Shown here: positions 17,138-26,595 of the stretch, one piece after another | Layout: the number at the start of each line of letters is the position of its first letter | How positions within the stretch are numbered: position 1 is the first letter of the stretch | Origin: a virus | Lineage: Duplodnaviria > Heunggongvirae > Uroviricota > Caudoviricetes | Virus record (IMG/VR): IMGVR_UViG_2919367315_000003 | Span: 94,134-158,133 of that record | Length of the DNA stretch: 64,000 nt | Strand: one strand, 5' to 3' | Notes under the pieces: model-generated | What the model saw: only the letters and a program-made list of their open reading frames with translations | Databases searched by the model: none | Told to the model about the DNA's origin: nothing | Made by a program: the position numbers and the translations under genes

Positions 17138-17217
17138 AGTCTAATAAAATGCGTGTTTTATGTACTTTTTGGTCTTGAAAAAAGAAGTGAATATAAGAAA
17201 ATCAAAGAATGAAGGAG

Positions 17218-17424
17218 ATGGAAATGAATATAGATTGTGAGTATTGCAGCGGCAAACCTTTGGTAAATAGAAAGCCCCTAATGAGCAATGGTAAAGGCGA
17301 TTATACGGTATTTATCAATAGTTGCAATCATTTAGAAGATAGTGAAATCGGAAACTGGAATGCTAAGTTCTCGTTGTTCGGAATTAAGATAAATTACTGT
17401 CCTGTGTGCGGAAGAGCATTCTAA
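17218..17424 (+). CDS. small zinc-ribbon protein (CEYC ... CPVC)
   Basis: track ORF 17209..17424; GAAGGAG RBS. Confidence 0.35.
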   Translation: MEMNIDCEYCSGKPLVNRKPLMSNGKGDYTVFINSCNHLEDSEIGNWNAKFSLFGIKINYCPVCGRAF

Positions 17425-17459
17425 CAATTGTAAAATACATATTTTAGGAGGGGTATTAA

Positions 17460-17783
17460 GTGGAACTCTTTAAACAGGAGTGGGTTACTGTTAAGCCCAT
17501 TAAAGCTTTAGGGGTCAAATACTTAAATAAAGTTCCATATAAAAAGGCAATAAAAATGGTGGACGAAGGATCTGCTGTGATTGCCAATCCGTATACAATT
17601 TATAAACTGTTCGATAGAAGAAGTTTACGAAGATACGTAAGGAAGATTGACAAAAATACTTGCGTTTACTGTGGCAATAAAGGTGAAAGCACAGATTATA
17701 TAGTGCCTCCTTCTGATGGTGGGATAAGAAGCCCGAAAAATATGTGTTGCGTCTGTATGAGTTGCAAAAAGTCCACCACTTAG
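17460..17783 (+). CDS. HNH-endonuclease-like protein, variant motif (D-Y instead of D-H)
   Basis: CVYCGNKGESTDYIVPPSDGG...N..C..C pattern; GTG start with GGAGGGG RBS. Confidence 0.45.
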   Translation: MELFKQEWVTVKPIKALGVKYLNKVPYKKAIKMVDEGSAVIANPYTIYKLFDRRSLRRYVRKIDKNTCVYCGNKGESTDYIVPPSDGGIRSPKNMCCVCMSCKKSTT

Positions 17784-17846
17784 TTTCAATTGTAGTAAAT
17801 CTAGATTAGAATAGTATGAACTACAACAAGAAATGAGTGAGAGCGT

Positions 17847-18650
17847 ATGGTTGAGAACGTAACTAGAGATATAATTACCACTTATCAAGAAGTTCTGAAT
17901 GGGAAAATAAAGAGATTTCCTGATGGTACTTGGAGTGATGATAAGACAGGGGTTTACTTTTATAAAAGATGCTTAAGATTTGCAGTTGAATGCATATATG
18001 GTTGGGATAAAGAAATGACATTAGAAAAAATAACGGCAAAATGGTTTGGTAAGGTTAAGTTAGCAACAGGATTTGGGAAGTACTTTGAGAGAAGTCCATA
18101 TCTTGCTTTAAAAGAAACATTTCCTGAGTGGAACTTTCATCCTTGGGAAATGAAAACATCTCCAAATGGATGTTGGGATAATGAAACAATTAAAAAAGCG
18201 GTCAGATGGGTATTCAACGATAAGTTAAAATGGGGAAGATCTGAAATCACAAATAACATTAGCAAGGATTTTAATGAATATGGGTTCAAAAAAATGTACG
18301 CCGCATTTCATCAAGGTGCGTATGGAGAATTAATAGATAGAGATTCTTCGGGTTTATATGAATTACTTAGTTATTGCTTCGAGGAATATGATTTCAAGAT
18401 TTGGGAGTTTAAAAAATTACCTACATGGACTGAATCAGATATGAAAGAGAGTTTCAAATGGCTGATTGAAGAACGTCTAAATTGGGATTATGAACAAACA
18501 TTAGATAACCTCAAATATACACATTTTAGAGAGTCAGGTTTAGGGAACATTTTAGCAAATTATTTCAACAGTAGCCCATATAAAGCAATGAGATTTACTT
18601 ATCCAGATAAAGACTGGTCAAAATTAAGGCATCGTGCTGAACTTGAATAG
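17847..18650 (+). CDS. hypothetical protein with internal duplication (two W-x-E-TL...F...G....YF..SPY.A....P repeats)
   Basis: ORF track; repeat seen by eye. Confidence 0.5.
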   Translation: MVENVTRDIITTYQEVLNGKIKRFPDGTWSDDKTGVYFYKRCLRFAVECIYGWDKEMTLEKITAKWFGKVKLATGFGKYFERSPYLALKETFPEWNFHPWEMKTSPNGCWDNETIKKAVRWVFNDKLKWGRSEITNNISKDFNEYGFKKMYAAFHQGAYGELIDRDSSGLYELLSYCFEEYDFKIWEFKKLPTWTESDMKESFKWLIEERLNWDYEQTLDNLKYTHFRESGLGNILANYFNSSPYKAMRFTYPDKDWSKLRHRAELE

Positions 18651-18707
18651 TACTATGTGTTGCTTATTAAATGATAAAGTGAACATTTGACAAGGGGAGA
18701 AGCGGTT

Positions 18708-19025
18708 ATGTTTAAAACGGTGTGTAAAAACTGCCAAACAGAACTTGGTTTTATGAATATTAGACGACTTGAAGATTTAGATTTCGAGAAGATAGGTATT
18801 TTCTGCACAGATTGTTTTTCGAAAGTAGAAGCAGAAATTAAGTCATTACGATTTGTTGAAAAATATAAGGGTACGTCAATCTATATGAAGAACGGTAAAT
18901 TTGGGTTATGGGGTGCAAATTACTATTTTAAATCATTAGAGGATGCAAGAGCAAGAATCGACAATCGACACATTGCCTATGTAGACACTAATGCATTAGG
19001 GTTTATGTTTGAACAGATGAAATAA
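18708..19025 (+). CDS. hypothetical Cys-containing protein (CKNC...CTDC)
   Basis: track ORF 18687..19025; AAGGGGAGAAG RBS before ATG 18708. Confidence 0.4.
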   Translation: MFKTVCKNCQTELGFMNIRRLEDLDFEKIGIFCTDCFSKVEAEIKSLRFVEKYKGTSIYMKNGKFGLWGANYYFKSLEDARARIDNRHIAYVDTNALGFMFEQMK

Positions 19026-19136
19026 GCAGAACAAGGAGAAACGTAAGAAAAGTGGGGAAGACACTGTACACACTGAATCCACAGTATGATTTTGAGATGG
19101 ATATGATTTCTGGATTCAATGGATAGGAGTAGAAAA

Positions 19137-19316
19137 ATGAAATATAAGATATGGGACATGTTTAGAAATCGTTTTTTAACTGAAGATGAAAGTTATTGTT
19201 TTGGTATTGGATCGGATGGTAAGTTGTACGAATTTGATTTTGGGGCGTGTGGTGAAAGTGCTTGGCTGAACAGAAAGCCATGTCCTGAGTATTACGAAAT
19301 TCACTTTGAAGAATGA
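19137..19316 (+). CDS. hypothetical protein
   Basis: track 19119..19316; RBS TAGGAG. Confidence 0.3.
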   Translation: MKYKIWDMFRNRFLTEDESYCFGIGSDGKLYEFDFGACGESAWLNRKPCPEYYEIHFEE

Positions 19317-19588
19317 TAAAATTGGGCTTTTACGATGGTTGTTATAAGGAGGCTGAATATGAAGGTTGTCTATTCAAAATGGCATAATAACTATGACGAA
19401 TTAGTACTCGGAGAAGAATATGACGCTCAATATTACAAAAAAGGTTGGTTGTTAATTGGTACGGTTTTGTATAGAGAGGATTGTTTTAAGATGGCAAATA
19501 AGTAGAATCGAGCAACTAGTAATGTTGAGATTATGACTGTGTGAAGATATAAGGAAAGACGTGATAGAGTTGATGTTTGCATGATTTT

Positions 19589-19819
19589 CTATTTAGAAAA
19601 ATAATTCGATTTAATGTTATTGTATATTTCTTTTAGGATTACATTTGTTTCCTTGACTTTTAAAAGAAAAACCCATGCCAATAACACTGTAAATGTGCCA
19701 GTAAAAAGAATAGTCGGGAATTCACCTTTGACGAGTATTATGATTGCAAACAGTATATTTGCTACAGTTAGCGAGATTAACAAGCAAGTCATAATTACAA
19801 ACAGCTTTTTAATATCCAA
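19589..19819 (-). CDS. small two-TM membrane protein, the only convincing minus-strand gene in the window
   Basis: track 19589..19828(-); TTG 19819 six nt after GGAGGTG RBS; hydrophobic helices; possible TATAAT at 19850-19855(-). Confidence 0.4.
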   Translation of the reverse strand: MDIKKLFVIMTCLLISLTVANILFAIIILVKGEFPTILFTGTFTVLLAWVFLLKVKETNVILKEIYNNIKSNYFSK

Positions 19820-19905
19820 ACAACACACCTCCGATTAATTTTATATTTTATTATACCATGTAGTTAGGGTAAAAGCATCGTTTTACCAAGATAGGAGAAT
19901 ACATA

Positions 19906-20190
19906 ATGGCAAAACAGAAAGCAAATGTTCAGTATCAGTTTCCACCCAAGACAGACAATGTATTTCGAATTTACCTTAAAACAAATCACATGAATAATCT
20001 AATTGTTGTTCGGTTTGAGTTGCCCACTGGAGAGGAGTTTACGAGAAACTACGGAAATATCCCTTCAAATGCTCTCTTGGTTGAATACAAGGGAAATGAA
20101 TTTGAATTATACATAGATGGCGAATATGTTGGACAAAGAGTTCTTATTGAGGCAGATGTGAATATGTTTAGATACGATACTATTGAATAG
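19906..20190 (+). CDS. hypothetical protein
   Basis: ORF track; TAGGAGAA RBS. Confidence 0.45.
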   Translation: MAKQKANVQYQFPPKTDNVFRIYLKTNHMNNLIVVRFELPTGEEFTRNYGNIPSNALLVEYKGNEFELYIDGEYVGQRVLIEADVNMFRYDTIE

Positions 20191-20236
20191 TTATTTAGTT
20201 AGTTGTACACTATAAGAACAAACGTTCTAGGAGTGT

Positions 20237-20629
20237 GTGTACAGCATGAGCAATTATATAACATCTAATGAAGACACTCAGCTTGTAATTGATTTTATAC
20301 AGCTACCTTATGTGTTGGATGTGCTGGAGCTTAACATAAACAAGATCAAGAAGTATGACCTAAAAATGAAGGAATTGTTTATTTTATATCTAGAGAGCTT
20401 GCAAAGTAGAGTGTTGACGGATTTGAAAGTTGTCCGTCAAAAAATGAGGCAGCGTGGAATAAAGGTGTTTGATGGGGTTAGGTCAGACAAAGATTTGGTG
20501 ACTGAGTATCTATGTCGTGGATATACTCACACTATGCGATTTCTTTGGTCTAAAATCAGGAATGATGTTGAAGTAAGGATAGCAGCCTACATGGATGTTG
20601 ACTTGAGTAAATTGGTCAGGCTGGATTGA
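20237..20629 (+). CDS. hypothetical protein
   Basis: ORF track. Confidence 0.45.
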   Translation: MYSMSNYITSNEDTQLVIDFIQLPYVLDVLELNINKIKKYDLKMKELFILYLESLQSRVLTDLKVVRQKMRQRGIKVFDGVRSDKDLVTEYLCRGYTHTMRFLWSKIRNDVEVRIAAYMDVDLSKLVRLD

Positions 20630-20775
20630 TTCAGCTTGACTTAAATAAACAAATATAATAATATTATATGTATAAGTTATAGGGAAATACATAGGAAAAT
20701 GTTGTATAATATTGTTATGATAAGCATCGAGGAAGGTATGATAGCTAGGGTAAAAAGATAATTTTATAAGGGGAT

Positions 20776-21006
20776 GTGGCATGTATGGCTAAGAAATCTG
20801 ATTTTGAAAAGGGATATCTAGAAGGCCAACTGGACTCAGCAGAGAGTGAGCTGTATATGCTTTGTAGAATAAAAGAACAATTGGGAAAAGAACTACATGA
20901 AGACGATGCTATTATAGTGCGAATTAGAGAAACAGAAGACTTTTTACGAAAGAATGGTAGAGATGTTGATGCCTTAGATTATGATATTGTTTATGATGAG
21001 GATTGA
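20776..21006 (+). CDS. hypothetical protein
   Basis: ORF track; AGGGGATG RBS. Confidence 0.35.
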   Translation: MACMAKKSDFEKGYLEGQLDSAESELYMLCRIKEQLGKELHEDDAIIVRIRETEDFLRKNGRDVDALDYDIVYDED

Positions 21007-21054
21007 TATCTACAAATGAAATATGACTTTTACAAGAGAGGATGAGTGCAATAA

Positions 21055-21750
21055 GTGATCTATATTACAGGAGACATTCATGGAACAGTAAGTGTAAACA
21101 AGCGTCTCAACACGAGGAACTTCCCACAACAAAAACAATTGACTAAAAAAGATTATGTTATCATCGTGGGAGACTTTGGCCTAATTTGGGACGGTAGTAA
21201 GGAAGATCAGTATTGGCTTAAATGGTTAGACAAAACAAAGTCATTCACAACACTATTTATCGACGGGAACCATGAGAACCATGACATGCTAGATGAGTAT
21301 CCAGTTGAAGTTTGGAATGGTGGGAAAGTACATAAGATTAACGACAGTATTATTCATTTAATGCGTGGACAGGTATTCAATATTGAGGGTAAGAAGTTCT
21401 TTACGTTTGGTGGAGCTGCGTCACATGACAAAGAATATCGCAAGGAAGGTAAATCATGGTGGAGTCGTGAGATGCCTTCACAGGAGGAATATAAAGAAGG
21501 ACTAAAAAATTTAGAGAAAAAAGATTGGAAAGTGGACTACATATTAACACATACTTGTTCTACTACAGCATTAGAGTACATTACGCAGCGTTGTAGCATT
21601 CACATGGAAATGGATGAAATGCATCCTTACTTTTTTGGCATTGAGCAGAAGACAGATTATAAACAATGGTACTTTGGTCATTTTCACCATGATTTTGAGC
21701 TACCCAAGGATCAGAGGTTGTTGTATACGGATATGATCGAATTAGGATAA
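21055..21750 (+). CDS. calcineurin-like metallophosphoesterase (Ser/Thr phosphatase family)
   Basis: GDIHG, GDFG, GNHE motifs; GTG start. Confidence 0.65.
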   Translation: MIYITGDIHGTVSVNKRLNTRNFPQQKQLTKKDYVIIVGDFGLIWDGSKEDQYWLKWLDKTKSFTTLFIDGNHENHDMLDEYPVEVWNGGKVHKINDSIIHLMRGQVFNIEGKKFFTFGGAASHDKEYRKEGKSWWSREMPSQEEYKEGLKNLEKKDWKVDYILTHTCSTTALEYITQRCSIHMEMDEMHPYFFGIEQKTDYKQWYFGHFHHDFELPKDQRLLYTDMIELG

Positions 21751-21771
21751 CCGGGTAATTCAAGGAGGATA

Positions 21772-22011
21772 TTGATTATGAAGATACTTAATGGCATGAC
21801 AATTCGTACCGATGATGGTTCTGAAGGTATTGTTAGAGGCCATGGATGGAAGAATAGAAAGCAAACAATAGGCTATGAAACATTAGATAAACCTTCTAAT
21901 CCGCGCTTATGCTACAGATATCAAGTAACTGAGTTTCAGTCAAAGAATGGAGACTGGATTCCTTATAGAGAAATACGAGAAAAACATCTGAGTATTTCAC
22001 AGAATCGCTAA
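21772..22011 (+). CDS. hypothetical protein
   Basis: ORF track; AAGGAGGA RBS. Confidence 0.35.
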   Translation: MIMKILNGMTIRTDDGSEGIVRGHGWKNRKQTIGYETLDKPSNPRLCYRYQVTEFQSKNGDWIPYREIREKHLSISQNR

Positions 22012-22046
22012 ATCGTACATTTTACGAAAAGAAAGAGGTTGGCTAG

Positions 22047-22319
22047 ATGAAATATAAAAAGGCAACAAAGAGTTTTATTAAAACACGGTATTACTATGAA
22101 GTGGTAATAAATCTCCATGTCAAAAACAACGGTGATGAAGAAGATATTATCCGTGAGCTAATCATAACTTCAGAAGAAAAAATGACAATTGATGATTTAC
22201 TACAAGAAGCAGCTAATTCTATTAACGATATGGTTGATAATAAAAGGGATTTCTATCAGTATAATTTAGTACAAATTACTGGATTGACTGTAGTAGGAGC
22301 ATATGACCGGAATTTATAA
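22047..22319 (+). CDS. hypothetical protein
   Basis: ORF track; AAGAGG RBS. Confidence 0.4.
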   Translation: MKYKKATKSFIKTRYYYEVVINLHVKNNGDEEDIIRELIITSEEKMTIDDLLQEAANSINDMVDNKRDFYQYNLVQITGLTVVGAYDRNL

Positions 22320-22358
22320 TACGATCAAATTTTCCTTTTACAGAAATGAGGTGTAGTC

Positions 22359-22646
22359 TTGACCACAACTTTGTCCGTGAAGGTAGAGAAAGATGGAAGC
22401 ATTGAATTGCTGGATTTATTTGATTCACTTTCACTAGAGCTGATAAGCAGAGTCCCCGGCCTTTTGAAAGCAAACCCACTATTTGACGACAAGAGAAAGG
22501 ATGCATTATTGATCAAGGAAATAAACGAACTAATTTATAACAAGAAACTAGACGAACAATTCTCGCTGGCAAAAAACAGTTCCTTGGAATTTAAAATGAT
22601 GCTTGCTGATGTAATTGAAAAGTTGATTCGTTATGAGAACAGATGA
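22359..22646 (+). CDS. hypothetical protein
   Basis: ORF track (TTG start). Confidence 0.35.
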   Translation: MTTTLSVKVEKDGSIELLDLFDSLSLELISRVPGLLKANPLFDDKRKDALLIKEINELIYNKKLDEQFSLAKNSSLEFKMMLADVIEKLIRYENR

Positions 22647-22679
22647 AATCTTTCCTTTATTAAGAAATGAGGATAGCAA

Positions 22680-22979
22680 ATGAAATTAAAACAATCAGAA
22701 ATCAACAAACTGGCTAGAAGAATCGCAAAAGCAAATTCTGCACTATATGATGCCATCATATTGGTTGAAGAGGTAGCATTTGATGATACTATCGGCAAGA
22801 TTATTAAAGACCATGATGGTGAATATGATGAAATCTTAAGTAGGATTGTTGAAGCGTATAAAAAACTAAATAAGCAAGACGACAGTTTTATAGATGCTGG
22901 AAATCATGGTCGTGGACTTCAGGATTTTGATATTCTTACGGGGAAAATAGTTGATTTTTTGGATGAAGATGAAGAATAA
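22680..22979 (+). CDS. hypothetical acidic protein
   Basis: ORF track; GAGGA RBS. Confidence 0.4.
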   Translation: MKLKQSEINKLARRIAKANSALYDAIILVEEVAFDDTIGKIIKDHDGEYDEILSRIVEAYKKLNKQDDSFIDAGNHGRGLQDFDILTGKIVDFLDEDEE

Positions 22980-23018
22980 TTGAGTAAAAGTTTACTTTGA
23001 TAAAGAGGAGACTTCTTT

Positions 23019-23576
23019 ATGTTCGAGCTGACTAAAGAGAATATACCTATTTTGACATTGATAGTTTCGTTTGTCGGTCTTTTGTTAACAACTTATACGG
23101 CAACAATTAATGTTACAAGACAAAAGAAAGCGAACCTAGAGATTGAGAGAATTCGCATAAAAAGAGAAATGAAAATTGCAGCATATGATCGTATTTCCTC
23201 TTCTATTTTTAAGTTAATGCATTTCATACAACTGATTTTATCAAGCTCTTTAGATAAGAAAGAAGTTAAAGATGCAGAAAAAGAATTCAGTAATCTTAAA
23301 GAAGTGTTTAGGAGTAGGGCGTATATATTTAAACAAACCTTTGCTTTTGAAGAGTCGGTCAGGAGTATGGAATCACTTTTTCAACTCTTAGAACCACATT
23401 ACCATCAAAGAGTACAAGTTATTTTTATGAAAGAGGATGTTAAAGATATTATTTTACCAGCTTATGATAATTTACGTTACTTAGAGTCTGATCTTCATCG
23501 TGATGTATTTGAAGAAATAAACTCCAATTCGCAAAGTGTGTTTATCAAAATGATTAAAAAAGTCCTGAAAAGATGA
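23019..23576 (+). CDS. hypothetical protein with N-terminal TM helix
   Basis: ORF track; AAGAGGAG RBS. Confidence 0.45.
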   Translation: MFELTKENIPILTLIVSFVGLLLTTYTATINVTRQKKANLEIERIRIKREMKIAAYDRISSSIFKLMHFIQLILSSSLDKKEVKDAEKEFSNLKEVFRSRAYIFKQTFAFEESVRSMESLFQLLEPHYHQRVQVIFMKEDVKDIILPAYDNLRYLESDLHRDVFEEINSNSQSVFIKMIKKVLKR

Positions 23577-23671
23577 ATCAATCATGATCAACAAAAACGA
23601 GCAAGGTAGGATTCGAGAATTTTTCAGATCTGATTGCATTATAAGAACATGACAACAAGGAGACTACATCA

Positions 23672-23929
23672 ATGAGCGAACAAGAGTATAAGATTAAACT
23701 GCTTACCAGTAATCAATACAGTGAATTTTATTTTTATGCCTCTATCGATGAGCTAGTAGAGTATTTAAATGAAACGTTGGCAATAACTCCAGAACAGTTT
23801 TTAGAGTGTTGCACTATGGGGCAGTCACGACAGTTTTTTGAATGGATTAAAGCGAAATCTAATCAAAGAATTCAGAATGAACAAAAGGAAACAAATGAAG
23901 AACCAACAGAAGGAAAAGAACAAGAATAG
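23672..23929 (+). CDS. hypothetical protein
   Basis: ORF track; AAGGAG RBS. Confidence 0.35.
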   Translation: MSEQEYKIKLLTSNQYSEFYFYASIDELVEYLNETLAITPEQFLECCTMGQSRQFFEWIKAKSNQRIQNEQKETNEEPTEGKEQE

Positions 23930-23966
23930 TAAAAGGTTGATTCTACTATGAGAAGGAGGTGATAAT

Positions 23967-24149
23967 TTGAGTCTATATGAAAATCTATCGGAACTTTACC
24001 ATCAATTAGGTTGGAAGTACGAGGAACTACATGTCGCAGTAGAAGATGATAATAAAAAAGAAATATTGCGACTTAATGATGAAATTAATTCACTAATGCA
24101 ACAAAGCGAAGAATTATATATTGAAAAAATACATACTAAATTGCCGTAA
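23967..24149 (+). CDS. hypothetical protein
   Basis: ORF track (TTG start); GAAGGAGGTG RBS. Confidence 0.35.
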   Translation: MSLYENLSELYHQLGWKYEELHVAVEDDNKKEILRLNDEINSLMQQSEELYIEKIHTKLP

Positions 24150-24245
24150 GAATGTAGATTGGATATGAAGAAGAGATTTACTCGCTAGACATAAATACTT
24201 TGATAAAAGTTCAATTTTACCAAAATACATAGCGGAGGAAAATAA

Positions 24246-24479
24246 ATGGCGTACGAAGTAACTAAGGGAGCTAGATACAAACATTATAAAGGAAATTACT
24301 ACACAATTGTCAGTATGGCTACACATACAGAAACAATGGATGGTTTGGTGATTTACAAAGATAAAAATAATAACATTTGGGCTAGACCAGTAGAAATGTT
24401 TTTTGGATATACAGATGATGGTGTGAAGAGATTTGTTTTAATTGATGAAGAGGAGGAAGCCAATGAGGATATTGACTAA
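24246..24479 (+). CDS. DUF1653-like protein (YorP-like)
   Basis: ARYKHYKGNYY ... VIYKD...IWARPVEMF pattern; GCGGAGG RBS. Confidence 0.45.
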   Translation: MAYEVTKGARYKHYKGNYYTIVSMATHTETMDGLVIYKDKNNNIWARPVEMFFGYTDDGVKRFVLIDEEEEANEDID

Positions 24480-25095
24480 TTATGAAGATTTAACTGGTAA
24501 AACAATTTCTTTTGTTCATGCAGCGCAATTTGCTGAGGCAATCACCATTGCAACAACTGATAATGAGGTGATCATTATGAACAGAGAGATTGATGAAGAC
24601 GAGGGAGAAGGTAATATTAGAGTCTTTCCAGAGTTTAGAGCACTTGAATACATAAAAAAAGAAGATAATAGATATGTGCGTAATAGTCTTGCTAAACATG
24701 CTGGATTTGACATTGATGAATATAACAAACTGAAGAAAGAAGAGTCATTGAAGAGACAAAATGAGTGGAACCTAGAACGCGAAAAGAGAGAAAGAGAAGA
24801 GTTTAATCGTTTGAGTAGAAAATACAATGTGTATAGTTACAAGTATTATAAGGAAGGTCAATGGTGTCCTCTTAATGGAAGTGAGAAAATCCATGAAACC
24901 CATGAGGTGGTTAAGACATTAAAAATAAATCAGTTGGCTTATGTTGTTAACCATGTTGGGTACAAAGCGCACATATCATTTAACTCAGAAAATGAACTGA
25001 TTTGGATGTTGCCTGAAGTAGGCTATGAATCGGAATTTTATATTGATCCTAGTGACAACGAACTTAATAATGAATTGCTTTGGATTATTAAGTAA
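24463..25095 (+). CDS. hypothetical protein
   Basis: track 24442..25095; ATG 24463 behind GGAGGAAG. Confidence 0.45.
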   Translation: MRILTNYEDLTGKTISFVHAAQFAEAITIATTDNEVIIMNREIDEDEGEGNIRVFPEFRALEYIKKEDNRYVRNSLAKHAGFDIDEYNKLKKEESLKRQNEWNLEREKREREEFNRLSRKYNVYSYKYYKEGQWCPLNGSEKIHETHEVVKTLKINQLAYVVNHVGYKAHISFNSENELIWMLPEVGYESEFYIDPSDNELNNELLWIIK

Positions 25096-25167
25096 AATCT
25101 TCATTTTACCGATATACATAACTTACCGCAGAAAATGTATATACTCATTTGATATACTGTTAAATGG

Positions 25168-26004
25168 GTGATGAATATGTTTGTATCTCCAATGCTTCTA
25201 CAAAAGGCAGATAACAATGAACCATTCAACAGTAATTTGCATTTAACAGAGTTGAAACTTGACGGGATAAGGCTTCTTGTAGATACGCAAGATGGAGCAA
25301 GACTGCATACGCGACATGACAATGAAGTAACTGGTAAGTTTCCCGAACTTATTGATAACATTCCAATTGAAAGTGGAACAACTCTAGATGGGGAACTAAT
25401 TGTTACTGATTCAGAAGGAAAACCAAATTTCGAATCAGTTATGGAAAGGTTTAAATCAAGAAAAAGTAAACACAAAGTAACTTTTTGTGCATTCGACATC
25501 ATTAATTATAATGGGAAAAGTGTTACCCATTTACCGCTAATTGAACGTAAAAAGGTACTGGAGTCAGCATTTAAAGATAATGACTATTACACAAAGACAA
25601 AATTCATCTTGGGTCATGGAGTTGAGTATTTTAATCTAACGAAACAGCAAAAGCTTGAGGGGATCATTCAGAAAGATATCCGTTCGAAATATGAGATTAA
25701 TAAAAGATCAGACAAATGGCTTAAAGTAATTGCCTATGATTTTGGAGAGTACTACATCGCTGGTTATAAAAAAGATGAATTTGGTTGGCTGCTATCTGAT
25801 GGCGAACGAATAGTAGGTGTCTTAAGTTTGGCAGTAGGATCAAACGAGAGGAAAGCAGGTTACAAGGTATTCCAGCAGCTTAAAGTAAAGGAAACAGAAA
25901 GTACAGTCTACATTAAAGAAGTTATTAAGTGTGTGGTTAAACATAGAGGATTCACCAAAAATAATCTGTTAAGGTTGCCTGAGTTTGAATGTTTTAAATT
26001 CTGA
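25168..26004 (+). CDS. ATP-dependent DNA ligase (LigB/YoqV-like)
   Basis: adenylation motif I ELKLDGIRLL (KxDG), size about 275 aa. Confidence 0.75.
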   Translation: MMNMFVSPMLLQKADNNEPFNSNLHLTELKLDGIRLLVDTQDGARLHTRHDNEVTGKFPELIDNIPIESGTTLDGELIVTDSEGKPNFESVMERFKSRKSKHKVTFCAFDIINYNGKSVTHLPLIERKKVLESAFKDNDYYTKTKFILGHGVEYFNLTKQQKLEGIIQKDIRSKYEINKRSDKWLKVIAYDFGEYYIAGYKKDEFGWLLSDGERIVGVLSLAVGSNERKAGYKVFQQLKVKETESTVYIKEVIKCVVKHRGFTKNNLLRLPEFECFKF

Positions 26005-26072
26005 AGGGGGCGATTAAACTGGCAAGACCAGTTAAATGTCCGATTTGTAGTAAATTTGGACTTAGAGAAGAT

Positions 26073-26585
26073 ATGATTTTAGAAAACAAAAGGTATTACC
26101 ATAAAGAATACTGTTATGAGAGGTTTAAGAAAGAGCAAGAGGCAACAAGAATTGAAAATGAGCAATGGGATGATTTATACCAATATGTAATAAAGCTACA
26201 TGATATTGTGGTACTCCCAAAGGGTAATATCACACGTTTAAAAGACCTTCGTGCGGGATTTGATACGAGGGGAAATAAGAGAGAAAGAAAGTGGAGATCG
26301 GGGCCAGATTACGGGTTAATCCTAGATGCGTATAAGTTGGCTGAGGGTAGTGTTAAATGGTGCATCACTAACAAATTAAAAGGGGAAAATGACACAAGAG
26401 CAATTAATTACGGAATCAGCATAATGATTAATAAGTTAAACGAAGCATTCGCAAAACGAAAATCAAAAATAAGACAGCAAGAATATATAGATATTAATAA
26501 AGACAATGATACATATGAGGTAGAAGAAATAGCTTATAAGCCGAAAATTCACCAAATAAATAACAGTATATCTGACTTTCTTTAG
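26073..26585 (+). CDS. hypothetical protein; in-frame upstream extension (from 25998) encodes KCPICSKFG zinc-finger-like motif
   Basis: ORF track; frame open back to 25998 with no canonical start codon. Confidence 0.4.
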   Translation: MILENKRYYHKEYCYERFKKEQEATRIENEQWDDLYQYVIKLHDIVVLPKGNITRLKDLRAGFDTRGNKRERKWRSGPDYGLILDAYKLAEGSVKWCITNKLKGENDTRAINYGISIMINKLNEAFAKRKSKIRQQEYIDINKDNDTYEVEEIAYKPKIHQINNSISDFL

Positions 26586-26595
26586 GAGTGATTGA

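Noticed and set aside
19359-19454. plus-strand ORF with good RBS after 19316
   Set aside because: On careful translation it terminates after 31 codons. Too short to call.
19614-19838. plus-strand ORF antisense to the small membrane protein
   Set aside because: The minus-strand ORF has the RBS, TM helices and a promoter-like element. The plus ORF lacks an RBS.
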